From NCBI GenBank assembly GCA_030426355.1, contig JAUHYQ010000007.1:62309-126308 (forward strand): a stretch of 64,000 nucleotides of DNA, given 5' to 3'. Within the stretch, counting starts at the first letter, position 1; each line of letters begins with the position of its first letter. Shown piece by piece: positions 1-10,933 of the stretch. The notes beneath the pieces were generated by a model. The model had not been told where the DNA came from and made no database searches. It saw only the letters and a list, made by a program, of their open reading frames with translations. The DNA comes from Gammaproteobacteria bacterium. GTDB taxonomy: Bacteria > Pseudomonadota > Gammaproteobacteria > Steroidobacterales > GCA-2729495. The translations under genes and the position numbers were made by a program.

Positions 1-168
1 TTCTTTTATTTGGTAGCAGGCATCGGTTTGCTGCTCGCCTCTATCTATCTGAACTATTGGTACTGGCCCGAGATTTGCCTGCTTGGCGGTATCGCGTGTC
101 TGGTGCTGGGGCTGTTCATCGTCCTCAAGCGTCGCGATTTTCGCACCGAGAAGCCGTCCAGGGACTGA
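1..168 (+). CDS. 3' end of a membrane-protein gene cut by the window edge
   Basis: Frame 1 is open from base 1 to TGA at 166-168. Translation FFYLVAGIGLLLASIYLNYWYWPEICLLGGIACLVLGLFIVLKRRDFRTEKPSRD has two hydrophobic segments and a basic tail. It is absent from the ORF track because it has no start in the window. Confidence 0.35.
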   Translation, partial: FFYLVAGIGLLLASIYLNYWYWPEICLLGGIACLVLGLFIVLKRRDFRTEKPSRD

Positions 169-171
169 CCC

Positions 172-663
172 TTATTCCTGATCCGGCGGCGGCGTATCTT
201 TGATGGCTTGCGTCTGTTGGGCGCGAAAGTTATCCAGAGCTGCACGCACCTTTTCGTCACTGACCGCCAGAATCGACGCTGCCAGTATTGCAGCATTGAT
301 AGCCCCGGGTTTACCCACCGCCAGCGTGCCCACAGGGACACCCGGTGGCATTTGTACGATCGCCATTAATGCATCCATCCCGCCGAAGCCACCCGCATCC
401 AGCGGCACACCAAGCACCGGCAGCGACGTGTGTGCTGCCGCCACCCCCGGTAATGCCGCCGCAAGGCCTGCTCCGCAGACCAGCACCTTCAGCCCGCGAT
501 CACGCGCGCTTTCACAGTACTCAGTAAGCAGATGAGGAGCGCGATGGGCCGAAATAACCCGGTTCTCGCTGCCAATGCCAAACTTCTCGAGAGTCTTGGA
601 CACATTGGACATGATGGTCCAGTCCGACTTCGAGCCCATGATGATGCCAACTTGAATATCCAT
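172..663 (-). CDS. purE: N5-carboxyaminoimidazole ribonucleotide mutase
   Basis: 163 aa. Motifs IIMGSKSDW, VISAHR and AGLAAALPGVAA are typical of class I PurE. Confidence 0.95.
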   Translation of the reverse strand: MDIQVGIIMGSKSDWTIMSNVSKTLEKFGIGSENRVISAHRAPHLLTEYCESARDRGLKVLVCGAGLAAALPGVAAAHTSLPVLGVPLDAGGFGGMDALMAIVQMPPGVPVGTLAVGKPGAINAAILAASILAVSDEKVRAALDNFRAQQTQAIKDTPPPDQE

Positions 664-760
664 GCGCCGATTCTACCGAGACTGGTTCGCTTGTAAACAT
701 CGTCGCTTTCAAACTTCGTATAGAATCACGCCTTCTAAATAGATCCATCTGCAGCCGGGA

Positions 761-2107
761 GTGCCCTTGTCCACCGTTGATTTAGTAGACCAGCAGGATC
801 GGCTGCGCTTGACTATCGCCGCCGCACTGGAAAAAGCCGCGGCGCTTGGGGCCAGTCAGGCTGAAGTCGATGCCAGTTATAGCGAAGGGTTGTCGGTCAC
901 CGTCCGGCAGCAGGATGTAGAGACGCTGGAGTACCATCGCGATCAGGGCCTGGATGTCACCGTTTACTTTGGTCACCGCAAGGGCAGCGCCAGCACTACC
1001 GATATGCGCGCCGAGTCGATTAACCAAACCGTGGCCAAAGCCTGTTCATTGGCGGGCTATGCGGCGGAAGATTCCGCTGCCGGGCTTGCTGATGCGGAGC
1101 GTATGGCGACCGAATTTCCGGATCTGGATCTGTACCATCACTGGGAGCTGAACGCCGATCAGGCGATCGCCCTGGCGACTGAGTGCGAAGCAGCGGCCTT
1201 GGCTGCAGACAAGCGCATCACGAATTCTGAAGGCGCAACGGTGAGTCGTCACGAGGGTTGTCGTGTGTACGGTAACAGCCACGGTTTTCTGGCTGGCTAT
1301 CCGGACAGCCAGCACAGTTTGTCCTGCTCGGTGTTAGCCAGCGCAGGTCAGGAGATGCAGCGCGACTATGAGTACACCGTGGCCCGCGATCCGGGCGAGC
1401 TGGTTGCGCCCGAGATAATCGGACGACAGGCGGCACGCAGCGCCGTCGAGCGTTTGGGTGCGCGCAAGCTCGGCACTCGCGTTACCCCGGTTATTTACCC
1501 TGCCAAGCTGGCGCGGGGTTTGTTTGGCAGTGCGCTGAGCGCTTTGAGTGGCGGAGCGCTATACCGCCGCGCGAGTTTTCTACTCGACAGTCTAGGGCAG
1601 GAAATCTTTGCGCCACACATCACGCTCACTGAAAGTCCTCACTTGCTTCGCGCTGCAGCGAGCGCACCATTTGATAATGAAGGCGTGGCGACTGCGCAGC
1701 GCGAGATTGTCAGCTCCGGTGTGCTGTGCGGCTATGTGCTCGCTTCGTACTACGCGCGCAAACTGGGGTTGGAATCCACCGGTAATGCGGGTGGTGTGCA
1801 TAATCTGATAGTTAGTCATACCGGCGACAGTTATGCCGACCTCATCGAACAGATGGGTACTGGTTTTGTCGTTACTGAGTTGATGGGGCAGGGCGTGAAT
1901 CCGGTGAACGGTGATTATTCGCGAGGCGCCGCCGGGTTCTGGGTGGAGAACGGCCAAATCGCCTTCCCCGTGCAGGAAGTCACGCTGGGTGGCAATTTAC
2001 TGGAGATGTACCGTGGCATGGTCGCTATTGCTACAGATACAGACCGCCGCGGCAGCATTTGTTCGGGCTCGGTGTTGATCGACCGGATGACACTTGCAGG
2101 TAGCTAG
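761..2107 (+). CDS. pmbA: metalloprotease PmbA/TldE
   Basis: 448 aa with a GTG start. PmbA/TldD-family pattern throughout, with a C-terminal GDYSRGAAGFWVENGQI segment. Confidence 0.9.
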   Translation: MPLSTVDLVDQQDRLRLTIAAALEKAAALGASQAEVDASYSEGLSVTVRQQDVETLEYHRDQGLDVTVYFGHRKGSASTTDMRAESINQTVAKACSLAGYAAEDSAAGLADAERMATEFPDLDLYHHWELNADQAIALATECEAAALAADKRITNSEGATVSRHEGCRVYGNSHGFLAGYPDSQHSLSCSVLASAGQEMQRDYEYTVARDPGELVAPEIIGRQAARSAVERLGARKLGTRVTPVIYPAKLARGLFGSALSALSGGALYRRASFLLDSLGQEIFAPHITLTESPHLLRAAASAPFDNEGVATAQREIVSSGVLCGYVLASYYARKLGLESTGNAGGVHNLIVSHTGDSYADLIEQMGTGFVVTELMGQGVNPVNGDYSRGAAGFWVENGQIAFPVQEVTLGGNLLEMYRGMVAIATDTDRRGSICSGSVLIDRMTLAGS

Positions 2108-3474
2108 CGGGCAGCGGCTTCATTCGCCGGAGCCGTATCCAGCAGATCGTATAGGCTGCAATTTTGCAAGACCGGTTGTGCGGCTGAATTGATACGCGCG
2201 AATATGCTGTTCACCTGCTCGGGCCAGTTGCCGCCCTGATAAACATCCGTGTCGTGGCCTCCGCGCACTGCCGCGAGCACATCGCTTAGCATGATGCGGG
2301 ACGGATCGCGCGCCGGCATCAATCGATCCTCACTGCCGGTTTCCAGCAGCCCGGCCTTGCACAATCTGTCCCGTATATCGGAGAGGAGCATGCCAGGCAC
2401 GCCGATCTTTTCCGCCACGCCATTGGTGCTGAGCCTTTGGGCCGATTGCCGGAAGTTTTCGGCAACCAGCATCATCATGCTGACCGCCATTTGTTCAATG
2501 AGTTCATTGCCGACGCGCAGATTGCGGTAGCCGACGCGTTTGTATTCCGGATGCTGAAAGTAGAACGATGCCTGCGCGCCAATGAGCAGAACCAGCCATG
2601 AAATATAGAGCCACATCAGCGCAATAATAATGACCGCAAACGAAGCGTAAATGTCCACGTTGCGCGTCGAGGTTGCCACAAAGGCCGCAAAAAACTTCCC
2701 GCTGGTGGCCCACAACACGCCGCCTGTCAGGCCGCCGACCAGCGCGGCCGAAAACTTGACGCGAGTGTTCGGAATAAACCAGTAAGCGAGCGAAAATCCC
2801 AGGCTGACCAGAAAATACGGCATCAGCTTGCCCAGCAGCACCGCAGTCGCACCGAAGGGTTGTATGGTGAGCACTCTTTCGACCAGCACGTTGCTGCTGG
2901 CCGTGGCAATCAGCCCGACGGCGGTGACCATTAGCAGCGGACCCACCAGCACCACGCTCAGGTATTCGCCAAAACGCTGCAGAAAACTGCGCGAACTGTC
3001 CACACGCCATACGTGGTTGAGGCTGTCCTCCACTTTTTTGATCATGGAAACAGTGGTGTAGATTAGCAACACGAGTCCGGCGCCCGCCAGCAGGCCACCC
3101 TGCACGTTGTCCACGAAGCCTATGAGTTGAGCCGTCAGTTCCTTGCCCTTGTCACCCATGGGCTCAAGCAGATTCAATAATGCGGGCTCGACTCGAGAGC
3201 GATGAATGCCAAAGCCTTTCAGCGCAGAAAAGGCCAGCGCCAGTAACGGCACAATGGACATGATAGTGATGTATACCAGCCCCATCGCGCGCAACGTCAA
3301 CGTCGTCGTCAGCACGTCACGCAGGATGGCGTAAAAAAAACGCACCACCCGAATTGTCCACCGCAGCAGTGGATGCAGCGAATAGATTCTGGGTGTCCAG
3401 AGCAGTGATTCGATTTTCTGGCTCAGGTCATTCAATGGCAGCAGCCGATCGTGGCGATGGCCGGAATTGTACAC
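2104..3474 (-). CDS. YihY/BrkB-family inner-membrane protein with an extra C-terminal soluble domain
   Basis: 456 aa with about 6 TM segments in a YihY-like pattern. A ~130-aa C-terminal extension (GVAEKIGVPGMLLSDIRDRLCKAGLLE) looks like a winged helix. Confidence 0.8.
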   Translation of the reverse strand: MYNSGHRHDRLLPLNDLSQKIESLLWTPRIYSLHPLLRWTIRVVRFFYAILRDVLTTTLTLRAMGLVYITIMSIVPLLALAFSALKGFGIHRSRVEPALLNLLEPMGDKGKELTAQLIGFVDNVQGGLLAGAGLVLLIYTTVSMIKKVEDSLNHVWRVDSSRSFLQRFGEYLSVVLVGPLLMVTAVGLIATASSNVLVERVLTIQPFGATAVLLGKLMPYFLVSLGFSLAYWFIPNTRVKFSAALVGGLTGGVLWATSGKFFAAFVATSTRNVDIYASFAVIIIALMWLYISWLVLLIGAQASFYFQHPEYKRVGYRNLRVGNELIEQMAVSMMMLVAENFRQSAQRLSTNGVAEKIGVPGMLLSDIRDRLCKAGLLETGSEDRLMPARDPSRIMLSDVLAAVRGGHDTDVYQGGNWPEQVNSIFARINSAAQPVLQNCSLYDLLDTAPANEAAAR

Positions 3475-3490
3475 CTGTGCCGACGATAAT

Positions 3491-4372
3491 TTAGCCGGTG
3501 AGCTGCTCCAATGCCTGCCTGTACTTCTCAGCCGTTTTATTGATCACGTCCTCAGGCAATCTGGGACCTGGCGCAGTCTTGCCCCAGTCCAGCGTCTCCA
3601 GATAGTCGCGCACATACTGTTTGTCGAAGCTGGGCGGGCTGATGCCTATCTGATACTGATCCGCCGGCCAGAAGCGCGAGGAATCGGGAGTCAGCACTTC
3701 GTCAATTAAATACAGCGTGCCGTCGACATCGAGGCCAAACTCGAATTTGGTGTCAGCAATGATGATGCCGCGCTCGAGAGCGTAATCCGCACCGTGCTGA
3801 TAGATGCGGATGGAAAGGTCACGCACTTTCTCGGCCAGCTCAGTGCCGATTAAATTACACATGGTAGCGAAGTCGATGTTCTCGTCGTGATCGCCGACTG
3901 CCGCCTTGGTCGCCGGGGTGAAAATCGGCTCCGGCAGTTTTGAAGCCATTTGCAGGCCTTCGGGCAGCGCGATGCCACAGACTGCACCGGTCTTTTGATA
4001 ATCCTTCCAGCCCGAGCCGATCAGATAACCGCGCACAACCGCTTCAACCGGCAGTGGTTTCAGTCGCTTGACGACAATGGCACGGTCTCCCAGGCGGGCA
4101 GCGGCTTCGGCACCGATGATATCTGCCGGATCGATGCCGGTAAGGTGATTGGGAACGATGTCACGGGTGCGGGCAAACCAGAAATTGGCGGTTTGCGTTA
4201 ACACCTCGCCTTTGCCTGGGATCGGATCGGGCAGGACTACATCGAACGCCGACAAACGATCGGATGTCACGATCAGCAGGCGCTGGTCATCAACCGCATA
4301 GATGTCTCTGACCTTGCCTTGACTTATGCGGTCAAGGCCTGACAAGTTTGATTCGAATAGTGCATCGTTCAT
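3491..4372 (-). CDS. purC: SAICAR synthetase
   Basis: 293 aa of the long PurC type. Motifs [15 protein letters not shown] and [10 protein letters not shown]. Confidence 0.95.
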   Translation of the reverse strand: MNDALFESNLSGLDRISQGKVRDIYAVDDQRLLIVTSDRLSAFDVVLPDPIPGKGEVLTQTANFWFARTRDIVPNHLTGIDPADIIGAEAAARLGDRAIVVKRLKPLPVEAVVRGYLIGSGWKDYQKTGAVCGIALPEGLQMASKLPEPIFTPATKAAVGDHDENIDFATMCNLIGTELAEKVRDLSIRIYQHGADYALERGIIIADTKFEFGLDVDGTLYLIDEVLTPDSSRFWPADQYQIGISPPSFDKQYVRDYLETLDWGKTAPGPRLPEDVINKTAEKYRQALEQLTG

Positions 4373-4491
4373 GTTGTTCGCTTTCCATAATTGCCCGATT
4401 GGCTGACGACTCAGCCTGGTTCCAATGGGCGGGTTGATAAAAGTACTAACCAGTAAGAGGCCGGTCGGGAAAGCGGGTTATTCTAACGCAT

Positions 4492-5328
4492 ATGAATTCG
4501 TTCGGATGGATTGGAAAATTAATTGGCGGCTTGGCGGGCCTGTTCCTGTCCAAGGGGTCTCTGCTGGGCGCCCTGATCGGCGTGGCCATTGGCCATCAGT
4601 TTGACCGGGGTTTTGCGGGGAACCGGCCTGGGGGTGGCGATTCTGGAGGGTTTTCGCGAGCCTCGCACGCGCGCCGGCAACAGGTTTTTTTCGCCAGCGT
4701 ATTTACCGCTATGGGCCATCTGGCCAAGGCAGACGGGCGCGTCTCCGAGGCAGAGATCCAGGCCGCGCGTTCCTACATGCATGCGATCAGGCTCGGCCCG
4801 GAAGACGTGCGTGCGGCTATCGACTTTTTCTCGCGCGGCAAGGATCCGGGGTTTCCGATCGATCGGCAGATCGCCGAACTCGCGGAGGTCTGCCGCGGGC
4901 AACCGGCGCTGGTGCGTAACTTTCTCGAAGTTCTGATGGGCTTTGTGCTTAGCAAGGGCAATATCAATGCCGTTGAACGCGAGTTGCTGTGGCGTATGGC
5001 TGCGGGGCTTGGTGTGGGCCGGGTTGAAATGGCGCAGTTTGAAGCGGTATTGCGTGCGCAATTCAGTTTTCGTCAGGGCGCCCGCGGTGAGCGTCCCGGC
5101 TTTACGCACGCGGACGAACTCGACCAAGCCTACAAGGCGCTGGGTATTAACAGTGACGCATCCGATAAAGCCGTCAAAACCGCCTACCGGCGCCTGATGA
5201 ATCAGCATCACCCGGACAAACTGGTAGCCAAGGGCTTGCCGGAATCAATGAAAGAGGCGGCAGAAGAGCGCACTCGAGAGATTCGCTCGGCTTACGAGAC
5301 TATACGGGATCACCGCGGTATCAAGTAA
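4492..5328 (+). CDS. djlA: co-chaperone DjlA (N-terminal TM, TerB-like domain, C-terminal J domain)
   Basis: 278 aa. N-terminal hydrophobic segment and a C-terminal J domain with HPD ([13 protein letters not shown]). Confidence 0.85.
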   Translation: MNSFGWIGKLIGGLAGLFLSKGSLLGALIGVAIGHQFDRGFAGNRPGGGDSGGFSRASHARRQQVFFASVFTAMGHLAKADGRVSEAEIQAARSYMHAIRLGPEDVRAAIDFFSRGKDPGFPIDRQIAELAEVCRGQPALVRNFLEVLMGFVLSKGNINAVERELLWRMAAGLGVGRVEMAQFEAVLRAQFSFRQGARGERPGFTHADELDQAYKALGINSDASDKAVKTAYRRLMNQHHPDKLVAKGLPESMKEAAEERTREIRSAYETIRDHRGIK

Positions 5329-5407
5329 GCATCCCTGCCCAGTCGCCAGCGGATGGTCTTTTGCGCTCGGACTTGCTGCTGCCGCGCTAATCCCGGATCA
5401 TTCCGTC

Positions 5408-6082
5408 ATGAGCAAAGCAAACTATCTGATTGCCCCTTCGATCCTGTCCGCCGATTTCGCTCGGTTGGGTGAAGAGGTTGATCACGTGCTGCAGGCCGGC
5501 GCTGACGTGGTGCACTTCGATGTGATGGATAATCACTACGTCCCAAACCTCACCATCGGCCCGCTGGTGTGTGACGCCTTGCGCAAGCACGGGGTAACTG
5601 CACCGATCGACGTGCATCTGATGGTGAAGCCGGTGGATCGTCTGGTGGGCGATTTTGCAGCGGCGGGCGCTGACTACATCAGTTTTCACCCTGAGGCGAG
5701 CGAACATGTGCATCGCACCATAGGCCTGATTCGCGAAGCAGGGTGTAAACCCGGCCTGGTATTCAACCCGGCAACGCCGCTCGATTATTTAAATCATTGT
5801 CTGGAAGAAATCGACCTGGTTCTGATCATGTCGGTAAATCCGGGCTTTGGTGGCCAGAGCTTTATTCGCTCCAGCCTCGACAAGCTGCGCGCGGCGCGCA
5901 AGCTGATTGATGCAAGCGGACGCGACGTGCGGCTGGAAATAGACGGCGGTGTGAAGATTGATAACATCGCCGAAATAGCCAAAGCCGGCGCCGATATGTT
6001 CGTCGCCGGCTCGGCTATTTTTAATACCGATGACTACGCTGCAACCATCTCGGCCATGCGCGCAGAGCTGACTAAGTCGTAG
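5408..6082 (+). CDS. rpe: ribulose-phosphate 3-epimerase
   Basis: 224 aa. Motifs [30 protein letters not shown] and [10 protein letters not shown]. Confidence 0.95.
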   Translation: MSKANYLIAPSILSADFARLGEEVDHVLQAGADVVHFDVMDNHYVPNLTIGPLVCDALRKHGVTAPIDVHLMVKPVDRLVGDFAAAGADYISFHPEASEHVHRTIGLIREAGCKPGLVFNPATPLDYLNHCLEEIDLVLIMSVNPGFGGQSFIRSSLDKLRAARKLIDASGRDVRLEIDGGVKIDNIAEIAKAGADMFVAGSAIFNTDDYAATISAMRAELTKS

Positions 6083-6746
6083 CAGCTGTCGCGGAAATCT
6101 GTTGCTGGGAGCGGGCGCCGTAAACAACTATGGTTTTGCCACTCGCTGATACCAGGCCCTGTTCTTCCAGAACTTTCAGTACCCGGCCGGCCATTTCGCG
6201 CGAGCAACCCACCAGTCGGCTGAGCTCCTGCCGGCTGACCTTAATCTGCATGCCGTCAGGGTGCGTCATCGCATCCGGTTCGTTGCACAGATCCATAATG
6301 GCGTGCGCCACACGTCCGGTAACGTCGACAAAAGCCAGATCGCCGAGCTTACGGTTGGTGCGATCCAGTCGCAGAGCCAGCTGCGTTGCCAGCTCAAACA
6401 CCAGGCCTGGATTTTCGCTGGAAATTTGCCGGAAGCGCGGGTAAGTCATTTCTGCAATTTCTGACTCCACGCGGGTTCTTACCCACGCGGTGCGGGCAGG
6501 CTCATCATGGAACAACCCCATTTCGCCAAAGAATTGCCCCTTGTTGAGATAGGCAAGGACCATTTCGTTGCCGTCCTCATCTTCGATCATGACTTCGACA
6601 GAACCGCGCATGATGTAGTAAAGACTGTCGGGCACATCCCCGGCGTGAATGATGACTTGTTTGGACGGTACTGTGCGCGTTCGACAGTACGTCAGAAAAC
6701 GATTAATGGCCGGCACATCACTAAGCGCCTTTCCATTGGTAGGCAT
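6072..6746 (-). CDS. crp: cAMP receptor protein (CRP/Vfr family)
   Basis: 224 aa. A cNMP-binding domain (FFGEMGLF) and a C-terminal HTH ([29 protein letters not shown]). Confidence 0.9.
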   Translation of the reverse strand: MPTNGKALSDVPAINRFLTYCRTRTVPSKQVIIHAGDVPDSLYYIMRGSVEVMIEDEDGNEMVLAYLNKGQFFGEMGLFHDEPARTAWVRTRVESEIAEMTYPRFRQISSENPGLVFELATQLALRLDRTNRKLGDLAFVDVTGRVAHAIMDLCNEPDAMTHPDGMQIKVSRQELSRLVGCSREMAGRVLKVLEEQGLVSASGKTIVVYGARSQQQISATAATT

Positions 6747-6832
6747 GTCTGAACCCTCACCCGATAACCCGTAAAATAACCCGACACCGTTTTAACCCTT
6801 TACAGCCGCAAGAGCAAGCCGGGAGACAATAT

Positions 6833-7471
6833 TTAAAGTCTGAAAGACACGCTGGTCATGACTTTTGAAAGTAGCCGCATGCCTCGCTTGACGGGCGTGG
6901 GCAACGTTTTGCCGCCGAGTTCGCGTGCGCGGTGGGCGTGTTTAAGTTCGTCGTCCTGCATACGGGTGAGTATCCGGCGGCTGTTTTCATCCGCAGCGGG
7001 CAGCCGTTGCAGGTGCCTGTCCAGATGCTGCGCAACCTGTTGTTCTGTTTCATCGAGAAAGCCCAGGCTGTAACGGTCGCCCGCCAGTCCGGCTGCAGCA
7101 CCGATAACAAACGACCCGGCATACCACAGCGGTGTCAGTAAGCTGGTTCGTCCGCCAAGCTCTTCTGCGCGATTCTGACACCAGGCGAGGTGATCGTGTT
7201 CTTCGTCAGCCGCGTGCAGCAATTCCCGGCGCAATGCCGAATCACGGGCGACCAGCGCTTGCCCACGGTACAGCGCCTGGGCCGCAATTTCGCCTGAGTG
7301 GTTGACGCGCATGAGTCGCGCTGACAGCTGGCTGGCAGCAGCGCCCAATTCGCTTTGGGCATCCGCATCGGGCCGGCGTTGCCGGGCCCGCGGCCGGCTT
7401 TTCACCGTCCGCAGCGCGGTGTCTGCTTCGCTGAGCAGTCTGTCCAGAAAACCGATGTTTCGATCCGCCAT
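6833..7471 (-). CDS. coq7: di-iron demethoxyubiquinone hydroxylase Coq7
   Basis: Coq7 pattern (VNHSGEIAAQALY, EEHDHL, DELKH). The start is moved to the ATG at 7471 (MADRNIGFLDR); the track ORF reaches 7546 as an unsupported N-terminal extension. Confidence 0.85.
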   Translation of the reverse strand: MADRNIGFLDRLLSEADTALRTVKSRPRARQRRPDADAQSELGAAASQLSARLMRVNHSGEIAAQALYRGQALVARDSALRRELLHAADEEHDHLAWCQNRAEELGGRTSLLTPLWYAGSFVIGAAAGLAGDRYSLGFLDETEQQVAQHLDRHLQRLPAADENSRRILTRMQDDELKHAHRARELGGKTLPTPVKRGMRLLSKVMTSVSFRL

Positions 7472-7578
7472 AGTCGGTATGATACGCGCCCCTGCCGCGG
7501 CGTGAAGCCCCGGGGCGTCAAGAAATTGAAGACATGCTCGATGCACTCATCAAGACAATCAGGAACGAGGAAAGATTT

Positions 7579-8316
7579 ATGCGGAATTTAGCTTATGCGT
7601 TGCTGGCAATGGCCTGCAGCGTAACCGGAACCGCTTTTGCGGAAGACGAGCAGGGCCCGTGGTCCGGCAGTGTGGCGTTTGGTTATCTGTCGTCAAGTGG
7701 TAATACGGACGATACCAGTGCAGAGCTGGATTTCGATGTGGCCTACACAGTTAAGCCATGGACCCACGAATTTAAGGCGCGTGCCTACGGTGCAAGCAAG
7801 GACAATGATGCTACTGCCGAGGCCTACAAAGCTGGCTGGAAGAGCAAATACGACTTCAATGAATTTGACTACGCTTTCGGGGCGCTGGACTGGAATAAAG
7901 ATCGCTTTTCCGGTTACGAGCGTCAGTCATTTGCGACGGTCGGTTACGGTCGGCGCATTCTAAACAGCGATGAATTTGTGCTGAACCTTGAAGTGGGTGC
8001 CGGCTATACCAAGCAGCGCAGTGCCGAAATTGCGGGCCCGCCGCTGGTTCCTGCGGAAAGCACGGACGGCGCGGCCGGCACGCTGGGCGGCGATTTCACC
8101 TGGAATTTCAGCGAGAACGCCAGTTTCCATCAGACACTGTATATATTCACAGCTTCTGACAACACCTTCTGGGAGTCTGTTAGCAAGGTCAAGGCCTCGC
8201 TTATTGGCAGTTTGAGTCTGGCCGTGGGTTACACGGTCAAGCAGAATACCGATGTGCCGGTCGGTACCGAGAAAAAAGACACCCTGACGTCGATTACGCT
8301 GGATTATTCGTTCTGA
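7579..8316 (+). CDS. DUF481/YdiY-like outer-membrane beta-barrel protein
   Basis: The ATG at 7579 follows AGGAACGAGGAAAG. Signal peptide MRNLAYALLAMACSVTGTAFA, alternating beta-strand pattern, C-terminal YSF. Confidence 0.75.
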   Translation: MRNLAYALLAMACSVTGTAFAEDEQGPWSGSVAFGYLSSSGNTDDTSAELDFDVAYTVKPWTHEFKARAYGASKDNDATAEAYKAGWKSKYDFNEFDYAFGALDWNKDRFSGYERQSFATVGYGRRILNSDEFVLNLEVGAGYTKQRSAEIAGPPLVPAESTDGAAGTLGGDFTWNFSENASFHQTLYIFTASDNTFWESVSKVKASLIGSLSLAVGYTVKQNTDVPVGTEKKDTLTSITLDYSF

Positions 8317-8505
8317 CAGGGTTTCGAGCCGGTGTTCAGGTTGTTAGGGCCGTTGAATTCGGCCCGGCGGTTAGCTAGAATGCACCGCTTTTCTGCGGCA
8401 GGGGCTGCAGGTAAAAGCGTGGGAATGGGAAATTTCCCTTGTAAACACGTGGAAAACACGTGATTAGAACAACAGGCCCCTGCTTAAAACACACCAGGAA
8501 CACCG

Positions 8506-8937
8506 ATGAAAACCACCGTATCTGCCAAGCCTGAAGAAGTCAGGCGCGATTGGTATGTTGTTGACGCAACTAACAAAACGCTGGGCCGTCTGGCCTCAGA
8601 GCTGGCAAGCCGCCTGCGCGGCAAGCACAAGGCCGAATTCACGCCGCACGTGGATACCGGTGATCATATAGTTGTGGTCAATGCCGCTCACATCCGGGTT
8701 ACCGGCAATAAAATGAAAGACAAGATGTATTACCGGCACACGGGGTATATCGGCAACCTTAAATCCACCAACCTTGAAACACTGCTGCAAACGCACCCTG
8801 AGCAGGCGCTGGAGTTGGCGGTCAAGGGCATGTTGCCAAAGAATCGGTTGGGGCGCGCCATGATCAAGAAGCTGCGCGTATTTCCGGGTCCTGAGCACAC
8901 GCATCAGGCCCAGCAGCCTCAGGCTTTAGACATCTGA
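8506..8937 (+). CDS. rplM: 50S ribosomal protein L13
   Basis: 143 aa. [16 protein letters not shown] is the canonical L13 N-terminus. Confidence 0.97.
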   Translation: MKTTVSAKPEEVRRDWYVVDATNKTLGRLASELASRLRGKHKAEFTPHVDTGDHIVVVNAAHIRVTGNKMKDKMYYRHTGYIGNLKSTNLETLLQTHPEQALELAVKGMLPKNRLGRAMIKKLRVFPGPEHTHQAQQPQALDI

Positions 8938-8967
8938 CTGCAGATTAACGACACACAGAGATAGCGA

Positions 8968-9360
8968 ATGAGCACCGACACTTACTACGGAACAGGACGC
9001 CGCAAAACTTCCACTGCCCGCGTTTATCTGCGGCCCGGGACCGGCACCATCACCGTGAATCAGCGCCCGCTGGACACGTTTTTTGGTCGTAAAACCGCGC
9101 GCATGGTGGTGCGTCAGCCGCTGGAGCAAACCGATCTGGCAAGTAATTTCGATATCAGCGTCACCGTCAGCGGTGGTGGCACCACCGGACAGGCCGGTGC
9201 TATCCGTCACGGTTTGACCCGTGCGTTGATTGCCTATGACGAAGCGCTGCGTTCGCCGTTGCGTAAGGCCGGATTTGTGACCCGCGATGCACGCGAGGTT
9301 GAGCGTAAGAAGGTTGGTCTGCGGAAAGCGCGTCGCGCCACGCAGTACTCGAAGCGCTAA
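8968..9360 (+). CDS. rpsI: 30S ribosomal protein S9
   Basis: 130 aa. [14 protein letters not shown] at the N-terminus and [11 protein letters not shown] at the C-terminus. Confidence 0.97.
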   Translation: MSTDTYYGTGRRKTSTARVYLRPGTGTITVNQRPLDTFFGRKTARMVVRQPLEQTDLASNFDISVTVSGGGTTGQAGAIRHGLTRALIAYDEALRSPLRKAGFVTRDAREVERKKVGLRKARRATQYSKR

Positions 9361-9402
9361 GGGTTCGCCACAGCCCGGTTACCGGGACGGACGGATCGGA
9401 TT

Positions 9403-9476
9403 TGGGGGATCGTCTAGCGGTAGGACTACGGACTCTGACTCCGTCAACCCAGGTTCGAATCCTGGTCCCCCAGCCA
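9403..9476 (+). tRNA. tRNA-Gln (anticodon CUG)
   Basis: Acceptor TGGGGGA/TCCCCCA, D-arm GTCTAGCGGTAGGAC, anticodon stem-loop ACGGA-CTCTGAC-TCCGT, T-arm with GGTTCGAATCC, encoded CCA. Confidence 0.9.
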
Positions 9477-9480
9477 ATAT

Positions 9481-9511
9481 AAAAAGGCCCCTCAGAGCAG
9501 GGGCCTTTTTA
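9481..9511. terminator. bidirectional rho-independent terminator between tRNA-Gln and convergent rpiA
   Basis: Stem AGGCCCCT / AGGGGCCT (9485-9506), flanked by an A-run on the left and a T-run on the right. Confidence 0.7.
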
Positions 9512-9542
9512 TATTGGCTGGGAACTGACTACGCGGCGTTTG

Positions 9543-10202
9543 CTATTTCTTCAGGGTTCGGACTTCTTTGTCGTCCGCAATGATTAACACGTCGGCACCC
9601 CGGTGCGCGAACAGCCCGACCGTAACCACCCCCGGTATGCGGCTCAGGCGTTCTTCCATCTCCAGTGGGTTGGTAATCTGGAGATTGTAAATATCGATAA
9701 TTTCGTTACCGTTATCCGTAACGAACCCGTCGCGCCATACCGGTTGTCCGCGAAATTTTATGCAGCGTCGCGAGACAAAAGACCGCGCCATTGGAATAAC
9801 TTCGACAGGCAAGGGGAATGCGCCGAGCGTGCCGACCATTTTGCTGTCATCGATGATGCAGACAAATTTTCGCGACGCGCCCGCCAGTACCTTCTCGCGG
9901 GTGAGCGCACCGCCGCCGCCCTTGATCAGATGAAAATGTTTGTTGGCTTCATCGGCACCGTCTACATAGAGGTCAAGATCGCCGGTTTCGGCCAGGGCAG
10001 AAACTTCAAAACCGTGTTTTTCCAGACGTTCGCGCGTGGCCTCGGAACTGGCAACCAGCGCGCCAATCTTATGCCGGATTTCCGGCAGTGCATCGATGAA
10101 GTAGTTGACCGTGGATCCGGTGCCAACGCCCAGCAGGCAGCCATCTTCCACATACTCCAGTGCTGCCAGCGCTGCGGCTCGTTTTTTCTCTGTCTGGTGC
10201 AT
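9543..10202 (-). CDS. rpiA: ribose-5-phosphate isomerase A
   Basis: Motifs [13 protein letters not shown] and [11 protein letters not shown]. The start is moved to the ATG at 10202 ([11 protein letters not shown]); the longer track ORF is an extension. Confidence 0.9.
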   Translation of the reverse strand: MHQTEKKRAAALAALEYVEDGCLLGVGTGSTVNYFIDALPEIRHKIGALVASSEATRERLEKHGFEVSALAETGDLDLYVDGADEANKHFHLIKGGGGALTREKVLAGASRKFVCIIDDSKMVGTLGAFPLPVEVIPMARSFVSRRCIKFRGQPVWRDGFVTDNGNEIIDIYNLQITNPLEMEERLSRIPGVVTVGLFAHRGADVLIIADDKEVRTLKK

Positions 10203-10350
10203 ACGGACGGATCCCGGTAAAAGCCGCATTATACATCCGTACACATTGCGGCGAGTTCCTGTATCCCGATATCGTGATCCGCAAATGAATGTGCCCGCAC
10301 TAGGCGGGCACATTCTTTACAACCTTAAACAGGTTGCGCGTTAAGCAGAA

Positions 10351-10722
10351 CTACTTCTTTTTGCGTCTGCTCTTTTTACGCGAGGCTTTTTTCGAAGAAG
10401 CCTTTTTACTGGCTTTCTTCTTCGCCTTTTTCTTAGCCTTCTTTTTGGCTACTTTTTTCTTAGCCTTTTTCTTGGCTTTCTTTTTAGCCTTTTTCTTAGC
10501 CTTCTTTTTGGCCTTCTTTTTGGCCTTCTTTTTGGCTACTTTTTTCTTAGCCTTTTTCTTGGCCTTCTTTTTAGCTTTTTTCTTAGCTTTCTTTTTGGCT
10601 ACTTTTTTCTTCGCCTTCTTTTTGGTTGCCTTCTTGGCTACCTTTTTACGCGCTACCTTCTTTTTCGTCTTACGTTTCGCCGAAGATTTTTTCTTCGCGG
10701 AAACTTTCTTTCGAGCTGCCAT
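10351..10722 (-). CDS. Lys/Ala-rich histone H1-like nucleoid protein
   Basis: 123 aa made almost entirely of (A/V)KKK repeats. The DNA underneath is a 12-nt periodic tandem repeat. Confidence 0.7.
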   Translation of the reverse strand: MAARKKVSAKKKSSAKRKTKKKVARKKVAKKATKKKAKKKVAKKKAKKKAKKKAKKKAKKKVAKKKAKKKAKKKAKKKAKKKAKKKAKKKVAKKKAKKKAKKKASKKASSKKASRKKSRRKKK

Positions 10723-10933
10723 AGCATATCTCCATTGTCGGGTTAACCGCGTTCGAGTATATACAAGCTTTTGGAAATTTCCAGCAAGTACAGGTTTTTT
10801 GAGAAATTTATTAGAACCGGAAAAAATCCGTTTTGGAGCAGTTTCCGGTGGGAGAATTCCGCCCTCGATTGCGATTCACGTCACAAAAAAGCCGGCTTAA
10901 AGGTTTTAAATTCATACTGTCAGAATCGTTGTA

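Noticed and set aside
10334-10900. 188-aa F/L-rich plus-strand ORF
   Set aside because: It is the mirror image of the Lys-rich repeat gene (AAG/AAA read as CTT/TTT) and has no independent signals.
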